This document shows, in pieces, positions 39,443 through 52,875 of a DNA stretch of 64,000 nucleotides. The DNA is from Albugo candida. Lineage: Eukaryota. Under the pieces are notes generated by a model that saw nothing but the letters and a program-made list of their open reading frames with translations, made no database searches and had not been told where the DNA came from. The translations under genes were made by a program, and so were the position numbers. The stretch spans positions 124,001 through 188,000 of the forward strand of contig JBDOQK010000014.1 of NCBI GenBank assembly GCA_040437565.1, read 5' to 3'. Numbering within the stretch: the stretch's first letter is position 1; every line of letters begins with the position of its first letter.

Positions 39443-40194
39443 GTCTTTCCTGAATTTTCTTGTACCACAGATGTCGATTCTGTAGACTTTGAGCCTAATG
39501 ACGCATTAATTTCCTCCTTGTCGACAGAATCACCACTCGATTGACCCTGCAACTTCTTTGGATTGCTCATATTGTTCCCGTTTTTCTTAGTATGGTTCGT
39601 CTTGGCACTGCCTTTTTCAGCTACATACTCGCTTTTTCTTTTATTCATATGGCTCTTCTTATAGTCGTTTGCAGAGGTTGTATTGGAAATCCCCATGCTT
39701 ATCAGACCTCCGTCTTTAGCGGATTTCAACTCAGTGGTATCGGCATCCACTCTCGGACTCGAGTCGGACACAGAAATTGGATTTACATCATCAACAGCTT
39801 CATTTTTTAGCAGATTATTTGCTCTTTGTAATAATTTTGAGAATTCGTATCGATAAAAGTGATCAAAATCCTTTTCCGTATCCTTTAAGGCCTCCGATTT
39901 GTGTATTTCTCGATAAAGCGGATATACCGCTCTTGCTTGTTTCTCCAGATCGGTTCTTTTGACATCATTATCGTACACCAACATCCTAAATGCATGGACT
40001 GGCGGACGGGTAAGGTGGACATTTTCCGGGTCCGAGTTGCGATCTTGGTCATAGTGATCGTTGAGTAACTTCACCAAAAAGTTGATTATCTTGGGTGGAT
40101 ACGATTCGTCTCTGTGTATGTGATTCACTGTATCATTGCAGCAGACATAAAGGAAAAATATTGTGCACCAAAAGCAAGACACTTTGCAATTCAT
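39443..40194 (-). CDS. Orphan ORF with Cys-rich hydrophobic N-terminus (possible secreted protein); 3' end runs into a gap
   Basis: About 250 stop-free codons before the gap: MNCKVSCFWCTIFFLYVCC..., then a low-complexity S/K/N-rich C-terminal half; no TE motifs. Confidence 0.55.
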
Positions 40195-40497
40195 TTTGCG
40201 GCCTAGCCCAATACCGCTCGAAATTTTTATTGTGGTTCTATTTCACTTTTCTTAAGTGGAATCTAAATTTTCAGCCGTGACCATCGTAACGGCCGAGCTA
40301 ATTAATGTCAGCGTTTCACAAAGCTGACACAGCATTGCCGATACTTGAATCTTGATCGTATCGGTTACAAATCTTTTGAACGAATAGCGACGATCGTNNN
40401 NNNNNNNNNNNNNNNNNNNNNNNNNNNNNNNNNNNNNNNNNNNNNNNNNNNNNNNNNNNNNNNNNNNNNNNNNNNNNNNNNNNNNNNNNNNNNNNNN

Positions 40498-41775
40498 ATC
40501 CAAATCAAGTGATTCTATCTCATACACCTATGCGTCAATTGGCCGATAAGTACAAAGGTAACTTATTCTTTGTCTCGCAATTTGATTATCTTCAAACTTT
40601 AAGAGCGGATATCAATATTGTAGACTCTCGTGTTCTCGTCCTCGTGTCCAACGATGTGCATAAAGTGGTAGTCCATTTCGATCACATGTATCTACTCGCT
40701 TCATGTTTAAAAAATGAGTTAGGCTACACATTACGGCTTTGAAAAAACCACAAGTGTCGAAGAGGTGGTGCAACAAAATCCAACACAATACCCGTTCCGA
40801 AAGTATGACCACAGGTGCGGCCATTTCTCTGTGAGAGGTTATCTTTAATGGTGACCTTGTGTAGAGAGCCTCCTGATGCCAATGAACCAATAGCTGCAGC
40901 AATGATCATGCATGATCNNNNNNNNNNNNNNNNNNNNNNNNNNNNNNNNNNNNNNNNNNNNNNNNNNNNNNNNNNNNNNNNNNNNNNNNNNNNNNNNNNN
41001 NNNNNNNNNNNNNNNNNCAAAATCCAACACAATACCCGTTCCGAAAGTATGACCACAGGTGCGGCCATTTCTCTGTGAGAGGTTATCTTTAATGGTGACC
41101 TTGTGTAGAGAGCCTCCTGATGCCAATGAACCAATAGCTGCAGCAATGATCATGCATGATCCAACCGATTGGGCTTTAGAATTGCAAGTCCTGGTAGATG
41201 TATTGATCGGAGGGAATCCACCTGGAGTCGGATGTCCATATGACTCGCAGACGCCATTGTATGTCAGCAACCGTGATTTTACGTTTGCTGGTGCATATCC
41301 CGCTCCTCGCTTCGCCCAAGGTCTCTTCAGTAATGTCGCATACACCGTACTGATGTTCAATTTTTAGGCTCTTTTACGGACTGCCTGAAACTTCTGTACG
41401 AAAAAATGACAAGGAAAAGGCTTCAACTTACGAGCTTTGGCAAGCCTTTTCCAATACAGTACAGGTAAGCATGCGGACAGTATCTTTTGGCGGATATTTC
41501 ACGAGTCTTGTACCAGATACGCCGAAATGCTTTTAAACCATTTCTCGCGACAACCGCTGGCAAAGATATATGGAATAGGTGACAATCCCGATTCCGATAT
41601 CCAAGGAGCCAATCTTGCACAGAAATGGAGCTCCATTTTATCAAGAACTGGAGTTTACGATGGGAAGACTTGTCTGGAACATAAACCTGACTTTCTATGC
41701 GACACTATTGAGCACGCAATGAGATGGATCTATAAAAAAAAAGGATTGCCGGAACCAGAGCTCCTCCAGCAGTGA
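40498..41775 (+). CDS. HAD-superfamily subfamily IIA hydrolase (HDHD5/CECR5-like), multi-exon, 5' end in gap
   Basis: Spliced reading LSHTPM...MHDPTDWALELQVLVDVL...PRFAQGSF...FGKPFPIQYRYAE...IYGIGDNPDSDIQGAN...SILSRTGVY. Short GT-AG introns near 40558-40623, 40668-40721, 40803-40864, 41321-41367 and 41465-41516. 40774-40917 is duplicated across a gap. Confidence 0.9.
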
Positions 41776-41927
41776 AGACATCGTTTTAGGAATTGGATGC
41801 AAAAGTACTTCGCTGGAACAAGCGAAGAAAGTATGGATACTAGACAGCGGATCCAGCAGGCACCTTGTAACGGATGTAAACATGTTACAGCATCGTAAGG
41901 AATGCACCGAATCATGCATACTTTCAA

Positions 41928-42960
41928 ATGGGAAGAAATGAAGTGAGGTGGACAGGATCGGCGAAGATTATCGCAACAGTCAACGGTTTACCGAGGAATG
42001 TTCTTTTGAACGATGTGCAACATTCGGAACACCTCCCTTGGAATGTTGTCTCGTATGGAAAGTTGGAGGCAAAAGGATGCAAAATTGGCGTATCGAGAAG
42101 ATGGATCGAGAGTAGTACGACGTACTGCTGATGGTGCGATCGTGTTGGAAGTAAATATGGTCAAAAAGGTTCTCCTTATCGAAACAGAAGGTCGGGAACG
42201 CGTATCCAGTGTTATGGATATATTCGCTTCAATTGAGTCCGTGGATGACGCAAACAAGCAGACGGGAAGTCTTCTACACTTCCATCAACGATTTAATCAT
42301 CTGAACTACGATACTATTGAGCGTATAGCAAAGCTTCCGGAATCAGGGATCGAGATTGATGACCATCGGCGATTGAAATGCCTTACTTGCGCAGAAAGCA
42401 AGCAAACAAAGAACAGACAGTCTCGGAAAGATACCGGTANNNNNNNNNNNNNNNNNNNNNNNNNNNNNNNNNNNNNNNNNNNNNNNNNNNNNNNNNNNNN
42501 NNNNNNNNNNNNNNNNNNNNNNNNNNNNNNNNNNNNNNNAATTATTCAGCGAGTTAAAAGTCAAAGTGAAGGAGCCAATGATCTTGTGGATGGATAACCA
42601 GGCGGCTATCAGTCAATTTCTCAACGAAGCTACTTCAATCAAGGCAAAGCATATCGACGTCCGACTAAATTCGTCAGAGCTAACATGGTCAGAAAAATTA
42701 TCGCACCAAGGTACGTACATGCGTCGAAGATGATGGCCGACTTGCAGACGAAGGCGTTTCCGACGCAAAGATTTCTTCACCAAAGGGAGTTATGGCAGTT
42801 AAGGGATCGGACAATGCAAGTTGAAGATGACACAACTTCAAGTGCAACCAGAAAGGAAGGAGTTTTGAAAGAACTTAACAATACGTATTAGGTTTCTAGT
42901 CGCACTTGGAACTTAGTTTAAACGATTGGTTAGGATTTTAATTCTCTAAAAAAAAAAAAC
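41928..42960 (+). mobile_element. Copia fragments (pre-integrase, RNase H end, PPT and start of 3' LTR) collapsed around a gap
   Basis: LHFHQRFNHLNYDTIER...CLTCAESKQTKN, VDNQAAI, KAKHIDVR, and GGAAGGAG PPT ~42854-42862. Confidence 0.85.
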
Positions 42961-43518
42961 CTCAATTTTGGCAATTTTCCTGGAACACCGCATCTTCGCT
43001 CACCTGCCAACAGTATTCATATGCTCAAGCTTGACACAGCTTTCGCTTCTTTGTCGATTTAAGCCTCTTGCTTCTCCACCGTGTTTATCGGTCATAATTC
43101 CAGCTCGTTTTTTGCTAGGTTTGATATCGCTTAGCGATATTCTCCATCAATTGTTGGAAGAAGCCTCCCGTGCTTCAATCCCTCGAGAAGCAAAGGCTGT
43201 ACTCCTTGTCATATCGTGATTGGAATACGAGCGTTGATCGCTATTGCACCCTCTAGTATCTCGCGACCCCGACATTCCTCTATTGTAAGTTTGCGTGCAG
43301 GCAGCAACGCTGAGAATCTCAGTATGGATGCTCACGCAGTCTGAGTGCACATGAGACATTCGATAAACCTTTCTGAACTATCGTAACCACTTGACTCTTG
43401 TCTCAACAAAGTATTTAATTATATTCACCGTTACAAGCAGAGCCAATTGTTTTTTATTATGAGTTTTCATGCTCGAACGGATAGCCAGCAAGTCGACATT
43501 TGGTCATATGATAGATTA

Positions 43519-45190
43519 TTAATATCCGTTCCCACCTGCAATGATAAGACACGAAGTCGATGGAAAGATGCCCAAGATGTTTGCTACAATCGCCCACAAT
43601 AATCCAGTATTCAGGTACGAGAAAGTCAGTATGCTGCATAGTCGGCTAGAGCACCCAAATCGTTTGAGCTGCTGAGTCTCTTCCTTCTGCTTTGGTAAAA
43701 GTCTTAGAAATACCAACGACCAAAGCACTCATCTTGTATATCAGCAAACACGCTTTCGTTACGTCTATTCGAACTGCACGCGTATCTGTTTTAATGCGTT
43801 CATTTGACAAATTCCATGGTTTATTAATTAGTTTTGTCAGTAAAGCACCGAACGACGCTGATAAATTATTCACAATGATCATCAATCCAGAAATTGCTGC
43901 TTCATTTGGTGGTTCTGCTAGCTCCACAATGACAAAAGTAGATACGGTAAAGCTGATGCCTTGAGGCAAACTGAGAATAATAGGAATTCCGGGCCAAAAC
44001 CACTGATTTCTCACGATGTTCCATATTGTCAAAAAAGTTGGAATCATATCAAGTCCAATAGACGACAGCATTGAAATGATGATGATATATCGCCAATTAC
44101 ATTGGAGCCCGTATTTTGAAGTCATCGAGATGGCAAGTGCGAAAACTAAACTTCTTACGCCTTCAGAAACCTTTTCATTGATCGGATCCACTTTTGCATA
44201 AATTGACTGGATTGGAGCGGAAGCCGTGCACGTGATGCTTGAAAATAATTCCGAGTAAAACTGATGACAAATCACTTGATATCCGACTAGTCTTTGTATC
44301 AGCTTCCATAGACTGATTATGTAGGCCCGGAAAGGTGGAGCTACATGCTTCCCTTCTTGGATCAGAAAACACTTCAATGGGAGCACTGGGCACAACAAAA
44401 ATGTGACAATTGCATCAGTTTCGAAAACCCAATGGAAAAGTCGAATGTGCCGCCATAATCCTTGCTGTTTTCCAAACCCGACCAAAGCCATGCCGATAAT
44501 TCCAAAAATCGTCCGAATGATGTATACAAATGCTTAACTTTTTCAATGGCGTTCCTAAGGCTCTTGCTGTGCGATTTTGACCATGATACCATCCACAGAT
44601 ACGTCTGCGAGGAGATAACCAAAGGGACACTTTATCATTCATAAATTGCATTGGTTACCTTGAGCGAAAGGATTTCGATTGAAAGTACTGACAATTTTCG
44701 GTGTATAGTACTCCGGTCGAACTCTTCTTTACTCAGTCACACTATAGTATGGCTCTTCAGTTGGAATCGAGTTAATAATGATGAGTCTCAGTAGGCAATC
44801 GATCCATCTGATCAATATGTAAGGATCTGATCAAAATGTAAGGACGATGACGATAACCCAACAAATGGGAAGCAATCCGATAGCATTCCGTGAAACACTT
44901 TGAAAACCCACGGTAGCTATATAAATACTCAAGAGGCCAGTACGGTTGAGCCTTCAGCATTCAAATAATTTTGTGAGAATGGATAAATGGTCTCTATTAA
45001 GATGGTATTAATGAATCCAATAGCAGCGTATTGTATCAAGAATCGACACAATTTTCAATCGCGGATATCACCATCGTAGATATGGTGCGAGGCTCCGCTT
45101 CACATTATGGCGTATCGATTCAATGAGATTAACCAATCCCACTAGAATTGCTTGGTGCAGGGCTTTTTGTTGGCTTCAAGAACAGGTGAC
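43519..45190 (-). pseudogene. Folate-biopterin transporter (BT1)-like MFS membrane protein, disrupted
   Basis: LIQYAAIGFI...IYPFSQNYLNAEG followed by in-frame stops (~44920-45040). TFLTIWNIVRNQWFW, VIVELAEPPNEAAISGL, and a frameshifted C-terminus LLPKQKEETQQLK...TSCLIIAGG, typical of the expanded oomycete family. Confidence 0.8.
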
Positions 45191-45870
45191 TATGCACCAT
45201 CGAGTCATTTAGCAGATATATGATTGTGTTGCAGAGACGCTCTTGATTTCAGTGAAGAAATTGTCCAAAAGTACCGTGCTTCGCAAATTGGTGTGAGCCA
45301 GGCTAAGCTGAACCGTGCCATCCAACTAGGACTAGGATCCGAGTTGCACTTGCATCTTGACTTGCCTGTGTCGTACTCGTAGTAATGATCTACAGCTTCT
45401 GAATATTTACCAAATGATCCTAGCGTTGCGAGTTGATCGAGCACCTTTACAAGCCATATGAGTTTATCTTGGTCGTAACGCTGTCTTCGATAGTACCGAA
45501 CTTGCGCACTAAACGTGATGTAGATCACGGAAAGGGCTGCAATTGTCGCAGTTGCTGATCGCTGATCGCTGATCGCTGATTGCTGATCGAATAAACGACG
45601 ATTCCGATCGGTCTACACAAATCGTAGTGCCACCGCATGTAATGCAAGCCATAGATCTGATATAATTTGTTCGTTTTCTATCCATGCCGGCTGAAGTGTT
45701 GGCACAATTATATATGCAATATACGTCCAACGTGGTCGGGAGAAGAGAAACTGATACAACAAGGTAGTAACTCCCTCCATTATCGTGCCGCGTGATCGCA
45801 CTCTAGAAAGAGATGTTGGTCGGATTCCGCTGCGCCACGCGCAGGCTGCGTACACGATATAACGTCGGGC

Positions 45871-46090
45871 ACACTCTGCCGGAAGTCTTTAGTTTGATCC
45901 CCGGCAGTGTGGGCAGCGGTTTGAGACAACCAAAGCAATAAGCTTGAAAAATATCTGCCTCTCTAGGTTTGAAGTCAGACTTAAGTGATATTCACACGGT
46001 CAAGGGCTCATGATAGGATAAGGAAGGTAGTTATAGAGCCAGATAAACAGTGTAATGAAATCCTTGACAAAGTAAAATATATATATATAT
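45871..46090 (+). mobile_element. 5'-truncated tRNA-derived SINE with (TA)n tail and 14-bp TSD
   Basis: TSD ATATAACGTCGGGC at 45857-45870 and 46091-46104. B-box-like GTTTGATCCC. Empty site visible in LINE copy C (~20262-20285). Confidence 0.92.
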
Positions 46091-47296
46091 ATATAACGTC
46101 GGGCTGAATATCCTTCAAAACCAGAAAGACGATCAAAATGGCAGTATTCGAAAGGCTGGATGGAACTGTAAACCTTCGAAAATTGGTATGACACGTTTTC
46201 GAAGATGCCGTGATGTAACCATAAATGTTCCAACTCGTTCTGAATCCAGTGCATCCTACCTCTCCCGTGATGACCAATGTGTCAAATCAGATGACTCTTG
46301 TTTGATTAGGGAGATTTTCAGACGATTCTCGAAAGTTGAGAGCGTGAAATAGATGGAAAATAATGTATCTTCTCCTTGTTTGTGCTCTGACATAAAACGG
46401 TCTACCACTTGTATTTGGTTGGATCCAAGTGATAAGACAAATCGTCGAGTGAACACGTTGTAGTATCTGAATTTCTTCGTTGTAAAGTCGACCCAGCAAC
46501 TTTTTCAAGCCATATCCGATGTGTCCAGCTCTTCGTCGTTGTAATAGTTGGCGACGAAGTCTTCCTTCATTGGATATGTCAAACAATTTTCGAAACGTCT
46601 GATTTGGTTCGTTCACCTGCCCAGATTGCATCAAACGTTTTCCGTACTCGGATTACGAGTAGCAGCTTCGTAATGTAATTGTTGGGCGCAGTGAAGCCAC
46701 ATCCGTCGTTCCATGAAGTACTGACGAAATTGTACAACATGCAAATCTGATATTGTAATGCTCCAATCCATCTGGTGCCACATTTTAAACGTGTGTTTCA
46801 ACCAAAAAAATGTTCTCTCCCATAAGCTGTCATAATTTCGTCGAAGCAATTGTCCAATTCGCAAGACTAATCGTCGACGCATCGTATGCGAGCTTCTGAA
46901 GGAATTGAAAACGTTTTAGATTCATTCATCCACAGAACTTGTAGTCCACCATCTTGTCGGCAAAAATAAAATTCTTTGCTAAGTAGGTGAACGTGTTTCG
47001 AATCTTTTTTGTGCTAGCACAAATCCATTTAACATCGATTGCCACTATCGAATAGTCTTCGCTGGTATGTCCACGTGCATCGTAAAATGTCACAGACGTG
47101 ATGAAATCATCGTCTGCGAAATCAGTAGTCGACCACGACCAGTTCGTGCACGCCGAAACCATACAACAAACCCATCATAAAAACCCTTGGCAAGAGTTGA
47201 GATAACCATCAAATGAGTCGGTGTATGGACAACATGAATACCAAATAGTTGACCGAACCGTTCGGACCCTTTATGGCAAAGTAGTAATACGTGGTC

Positions 47297-50200
47297 TGTC
47301 GCTATTAGCGCACGGAATGAAAAGTCGCTTTACTGAAGGGAGGCAAGAATAGAAGTAAGTATATTATTCATGACTATTAGTTTTTTCCTACGGCCTTTGT
47401 TTGGATACGAAACCACCGCGTCGGGACAGTCCATAGCAGCAAGTATACGATACAGCTATTTAGATTCTTGGACCGTTTTACCAAACTCTCGACGGATCGC
47501 AATGTGAAGTCGTTTCTTTCCAACACTCCTTCCTCACGACGCCGTGTTTTTGTTACCTCAGTTCATTTCCTGATCCTTGCTAGTTTCGCGTATCAGCGAG
47601 CACAGTCCCATCAATTGCTGTAGTCGAACAGCGCTAAATGCCTTCGTAATCAGATCAGCCGCCATCTCTTCGGTGGGCACATAAAGGGCTTTACGATGCC
47701 CCGTTTTGTACAATCTTCGATGAGCTTGAGCTTAATGTCGATGTGCTTGGCTCGCGTACAACTTTCTTCGTTTCTCATCTGTCGGATAGCTGATTGATTG
47801 TCTATCTCCATGAGCATAGGTAATTCCACGTCTATATCCAGCACAACAATTGGCTCGCATAATCCCAGGAGATCTTGACCGGCATGTGAAGGCGACGTGA
47901 ATTCCGCTTTCATAGTCGATAGCGATACTGATGCTCACTTCCGGCACGTCCAGCCCACTATCATGTAACCCACACGAAAGATCGCTCCGCCTACCGACCT
48001 GCGGCCAGTCTTGTCTCCTGTAAAGTCCGCATCGCTTGCGCTTATAGGATGCACAGTAGTGATTTGATGGGCCTGTTTCTGACCAAGCTGAAACTTGACG
48101 TTCTTGGTTATTTTCAAATACGTGGCATCTTTTTAGCTCGATTATCAGTCGCTTACCGTAGGAGCATGAGCTCGATGCGTAGCTCGGTGCACCGCATACG
48201 CAATGTCCGGCCGTGTCCATCGAGCCAACCTGAACAGCGATCCCATGATTGACTGAAAGTGTTTCAGTGATGCTGATACGACTGGCCCATCCCCGGGAAG
48301 GATCGGGTCGGCTTCCCGTATGTTAGTATCATTATTGAGCCCTATGGGTGTCATCACGTGGTGTGCATCTTGTAGGCCGAACTTTGATAGTAGCTCATCA
48401 ATTATTTGTTCTTGATCAATGCTATAACCAAATTTCGAAGAATGTGTAAGTTGCATCCCTAGAAACTTGCTGACGACGCCCGAGTCCTTGATATGGAGCG
48501 TTACCAATTGTTATAACACATCATCCACTCAAAACTTCGATGTCCCGGTTACCAGCAAATCGTCAACATATACTCCGACGGCAGTCTTTCCATCGTGATC
48601 TTCTTTGTAGAAGAGGCACGAGTCTCCGACACGTAGTACGAAATCGACACGAAGGGTAGTTCTGCATGTAGAAGTTGCGCCCAGAGTCTTCCAGCTTGTT
48701 AAAACCTATAAAGACTGCGCTGGAGTCGAAGCACCACTTGTTGTGTGTGCTGAGAACCACAACGCTGGAGCTCCTTCTCACTCACTTTCATTCCTTGTGG
48801 AACATATGGTTAAATGTACAGATTCGGTTCAGTAGAGGCCTTACATACGCATTAGGCACGTCCCCATGACGCACCGGTACACCCCATGTCTCGGATTGTG
48901 CAGGATAACCTTCCCAGCCGTCATGTCTATAACGGCGACGAATGTTAGTGTATAGTTTTTACCAAACGACTGTTCATTCCCGCCCGCCACCATGCGTGCT
49001 TTGTAGCGCTCGACGTTTCCGCTAGCATCTTTTTTTGTCTTGAACGACCACGTTGCGTGAAGAGGGAGCATTTCATCCGTGCACAATACCATCTCCCAAG
49101 TGTCATTGGCCTTTAGTGAATCTATCTTCGAGTCAGGATCGTGCCCCCACACCACAAACTTGGCACTATTCACGGCTTCTCTCCAATTCTTCGGATTCGC
49201 ACGATAATCATATCTCGTCATCATGTTCATTGCTGGATGATTGACTGAATCTTTGTTTAGATTACTTCTTGTTCCGCCACGCTTGCCGCGCTTCTTGAAG
49301 TTTCTCGTTACCACTCGCATCTCATCCCCATGTTCAACATCGCTGGTTGTTTCTGTCCATATGTCACATAGATCGTCCATCTCTAGATGCTGATTTGACG
49401 CCTATGTAAATTAGATCAGCGGTCTTCTTGTTGTTAGCTTCTTCCGCGTTGTTTTCATTTATTTGACGAACAAGTTGCGCGTTTGCATCCTCGCTGAGGG
49501 TCTAAATATTTTCGACGTGTTGCGTTTTTTGCACCGCGCGGTCCTTGGTGAACATCACCTTTTACCCTATTTTTTTGTCTCTCTTGCCAATAAGAAGTCT
49601 TTTCTCTCCATGCCGATCGAGGGTCTTGTGTTTCGGATTTCGGATTGCGGTGCAAGGGGAGCCAAAAATAACGGAATCCGTCAACTTTGGGCTGGAACCC
49701 GTCAGAACTTCGATTGACGAAGCACGATTCTCATTTCCTCGCGTCGGGCTGCGGTTGAGAATGTAGGACGCATATTCTGCAGCGTCACCCCAAAAACTCA
49801 ATGGCAGCCCCGATACAAAAATCATGGGGCGCACCATGTTCATTACTGTTTAATACAGACGCTCCGCCTTCTCCTTCGACTCTTGATTTCCCGCTTCCGA
49901 TCGCTGACATCGCAACTCAGGATTTGTAATAAAACGAGTCGAAGACCCTGTACTCGCCTCCACCATCGTGGCGTAGGCAGTGAAGCCTACAGTTAAAGCG
50001 CTTTTCAGAGTATACGACAAAGTTCTCGAATGCCTTGGTCACCTTGGCCTTCGTTTTTGTCAGAAACTCCCGGCAGTAATTGCTTTTGTGATCCACGAAA
50101 TTAATAGGGTACCTGTTTACACACTTGTCGATTAAAGTGATTGGACCCTTGATATCGCTACAGATAGCGCCACCTACTCGCTCGATAGGATCATTTATTC

Positions 50201-52262
50201 CAGTGTCTTTTTTCTACTGTTTATTGTGCGTCTGCTTGCCCTTCGCGCATGTTATGCACGCTGGCATTTCTTTTTTCGTAAGAATGATGCCGCTCTCTGG
50301 TTCGTTTGCCATCCTATCAATGGTTTTATAAGCCACATGCACATTTCGCAAGTGAAAATGCAGTATACTTCCCGCTTGTGCATCGGGGATTGTTGATTTG
50401 ACAGCTTCAAAGAGAGCTGAAAAGATGCAGTCTTCAGCTTTCCTGGCACCTAGTCCAACTACATCCTCGGTCAAGACACGTACCACCAATACATTATTTG
50501 CTGTCTTTGACAACATCGTAGACCTTAACTGTCGCTGCGTCGGACCATCAAGCGCGTGCGTTTATCATAACGAAGTTCAAAACCTTTTTCTTCGATTCAT
50601 CCATACGAAAGCTTATTCCACGGAAGATCTGCCGAGTAGTAGATGTCGCTAACTTTGATGCGACGAAGATCACCATCGACGCGTACTACAAAACGGCGTT
50701 TCCTTTGAGCTTCTTTTTCAGACTCTCTTCATTTGGAAGCAGGCATTCTTCATCACATTCTTTTATATTGCAAAGTTGTGATGGTGTCGTCACCAGGTGA
50801 CGAATCGATCCACTATCCAAAATCCATTGACATGTGGCGTCGAAATTGTCTGCAAATTTCAGCGCAAAGTCCTTCTTGACTTCTTGCTTGCACACGCGTT
50901 TGAAATGACCTTCTTTTCCACACTTGAAGCAGGCATCTGGTTTTCTTCTTTGGCGCTCTTTACCTTTTCTAAGTCGTCCAACATTAGTTCTTTTAACAGC
51001 GGCCACCGTTGGCTTGCTTCCCTGGCGAATGCTTGGATCATTTAGCTGCGTAAAATGTGGCAGTTCTTTTGCATGTCGTAAGTTATCTTGACGCAGAGTA
51101 TTTAGTCGTGCCAATAGCACGCCCTGAAATTCACCCGAAGAGCTGGCAAATTTGGCAATGTTTTCGAGAACTTGGTCGTTAGCACCATCGACATCATCAC
51201 TCAAAGCCGTCAAAGCCATCAGGTGCAGTATGTGATCATTCCACGATACAGTCTCCTTTTTCTTCGATGCGGAGAGCTTGAGCGCTTGTGATTTCGAACG
51301 TCGCGGACCGAACTTGTTGTTCAGTCGGTCCATTTAGTACCAAACTTGAGGTCTCTCCTCGTACCAGATCTACACCTGGATGTGAAAGTGGTGTCCAGCT
51401 TTACTGGATCGATTTCGACAGAGGATATCCAGCTTTATTTCGTAGTCCACATGCACCCACTGAGGTCTTCAGCGATCTTGACCTGACGCAGAAATCGTTT
51501 CCGCCAGGGTCCAAAACCTGACCCGAGGCCTGGGTACACCTCATCGCCGTCGTAGTTTTCGAAGGCAAGCTTCAGGTCCTTTATCTGCAGGGGTCTTAGC
51601 GGTGAAAAGTACGACGGTGCTGGCACTGGCCTGTACGTCGGACTCGTTGGTGGCTGAATGGGTGCTCCTTGTCTTCCACCTTCCTCACGCAATCATTGAT
51701 GCCCCTGTCCTGCAGCGTGAGTTCGCGTTGGACTCCGTATCAGCTCGTCTTCAAGCGAGGTATCGTCATATTCCGGCCAAGTCCCACGCGCGTCTCCGCA
51801 TGAGCGCGAAAAGTGCTGTTGCCGGCGGACACAACCGAAGATTTCCGAGCTTTAAGCCTGGTGACGCGAGCTCTAATGTCATCTTTCAGTTCAGTGACCA
51901 TATCCAGAAGCCTTGACATGTTCTCGTCCGCACTTGAATCCTTACTGGCTCCATCGTTGTTGGTGTGAGGCGCGGCTGGCGCTTGGGCTTGCTCTCGAGC
52001 AACTTGCTCCATAGGCGTTGGGCTCATAACCTTTCGTTAATAGCGCACGGAATGGGATGTCGCTTTACTGAAGGGAGGCAAGAATAGAAGTAATTATATT
52101 ATTCATGACTGTTAGTTTCTCTTCCTACGGCCTTTGTTGGTTAGGAAACCACCGCGTCGGGACAGTCCATAGCGGAAGACATACGAGACCACTATTTAGA
52201 TCGCTGGGTCGTTTTACCAAAACGTCCGACGGATCGCACTGTGAAGTCGTTACTTTCCGACA
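47297..52262 (-). mobile_element. Full-length degenerate Ty1/copia LTR retrotransposon
   Basis: LTRs 52032-52262 (5') and 47297-47525 (3'). PBS GGTTATGAGCCCA 52019-52031, PPT GAGGAAGGAG 47526-47535, TSD TGGTC/TGGAC. Gag knuckle CFKCGKEGHFKRVC, protease WILDSGS, integrase, RT (RYKARMVAGG), RNase H (IDNQSAI, AKHIDIK). Confidence 0.95.
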
Positions 52263-52292
52263 TGGACACGGCATGGTCCGATCCAGTAAGAG

Positions 52293-52640
52293 CACGTACG
52301 ATTTGCTCAAGTTGAGTTACCGCCCTACCTCAGTTAAGGGTGTTCACCCGTAGTACTTTCATTAAGACACTGTTTGTTACGACATTTTGGTGGTCATCTA
52401 CTATACCTTAATCACTAGTATGTAACGCTTTGAAGATCCCGGTCCAGCTCCTGTTATTTTCTGGTGTAGTTGCTAGTGGTCTTAAAACGTCCATAGCTTC
52501 ATGGATTGGCTTGATATTTACGTGGAGGATCTTTGCCTCCGCCGAGGGGACCCGTCGCGACCCATTTGCCACCGCGGATTTCAAACTGGCGTGCACACAA
52601 TCGGAACACATGTACACTAACCGTTACACCCCCGGCGGTG
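52293..52640 (-). mobile_element. Probable Gypsy-type LTR fragment
   Basis: Minus strand GGGGG|TGTAACGG at ~52633-52621; homologous to 11320-11640, with a short related motif at 19446-19471. Confidence 0.5.
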
Positions 52641-52648
52641 GTAAAATG

Positions 52649-52873
52649 TCCTAGCTAAGTCGGTTAAGCAAGCGAACCCCCTCCTAAAGGTCGTTTTTTT
52701 CTCCCCGGCAGTGCTGGCAGGGGCTTGAGCCAGCCCAAGCAAGAAACTTGAGTATATCTGCCTCCCTAGGGTTGAAGCCAGACTTGAGTGATATTCATAC
52801 AGTCAGGGCTCATGACAGGATAATGAATGCAGTTCTAAGACCCAGATAAATAGTGTAATGAAATTCTTGACAA
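52649..52873 (+). mobile_element. tRNA-derived SINE, diverged copy
   Basis: A-box-like TAGCTAAGTCGGTTAAGCA and decayed B-box; body and tail homologous to the other copies. Confidence 0.85.
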
Positions 52874-52875
52874 TC

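Larger units (their letters stand above)
45205..52292 (-). mobile_element. 3' part of L1/Tx1-like LINE (copy D: 45205-47296 plus 52263-52292), interrupted by a SINE and a copia
   Basis: Collinear with 19680-20602 and 28541-29540. The sequence right of the copia continues the homolog at 29510-29540. Confidence 0.85.

Noticed and set aside
45554..45590. GCTGATC heptamer run, and the (AT)n run at 1962-1986
   Set aside because: Simple slippage expansions inside dead LINE copies; the paralog at ~19974 has fewer units
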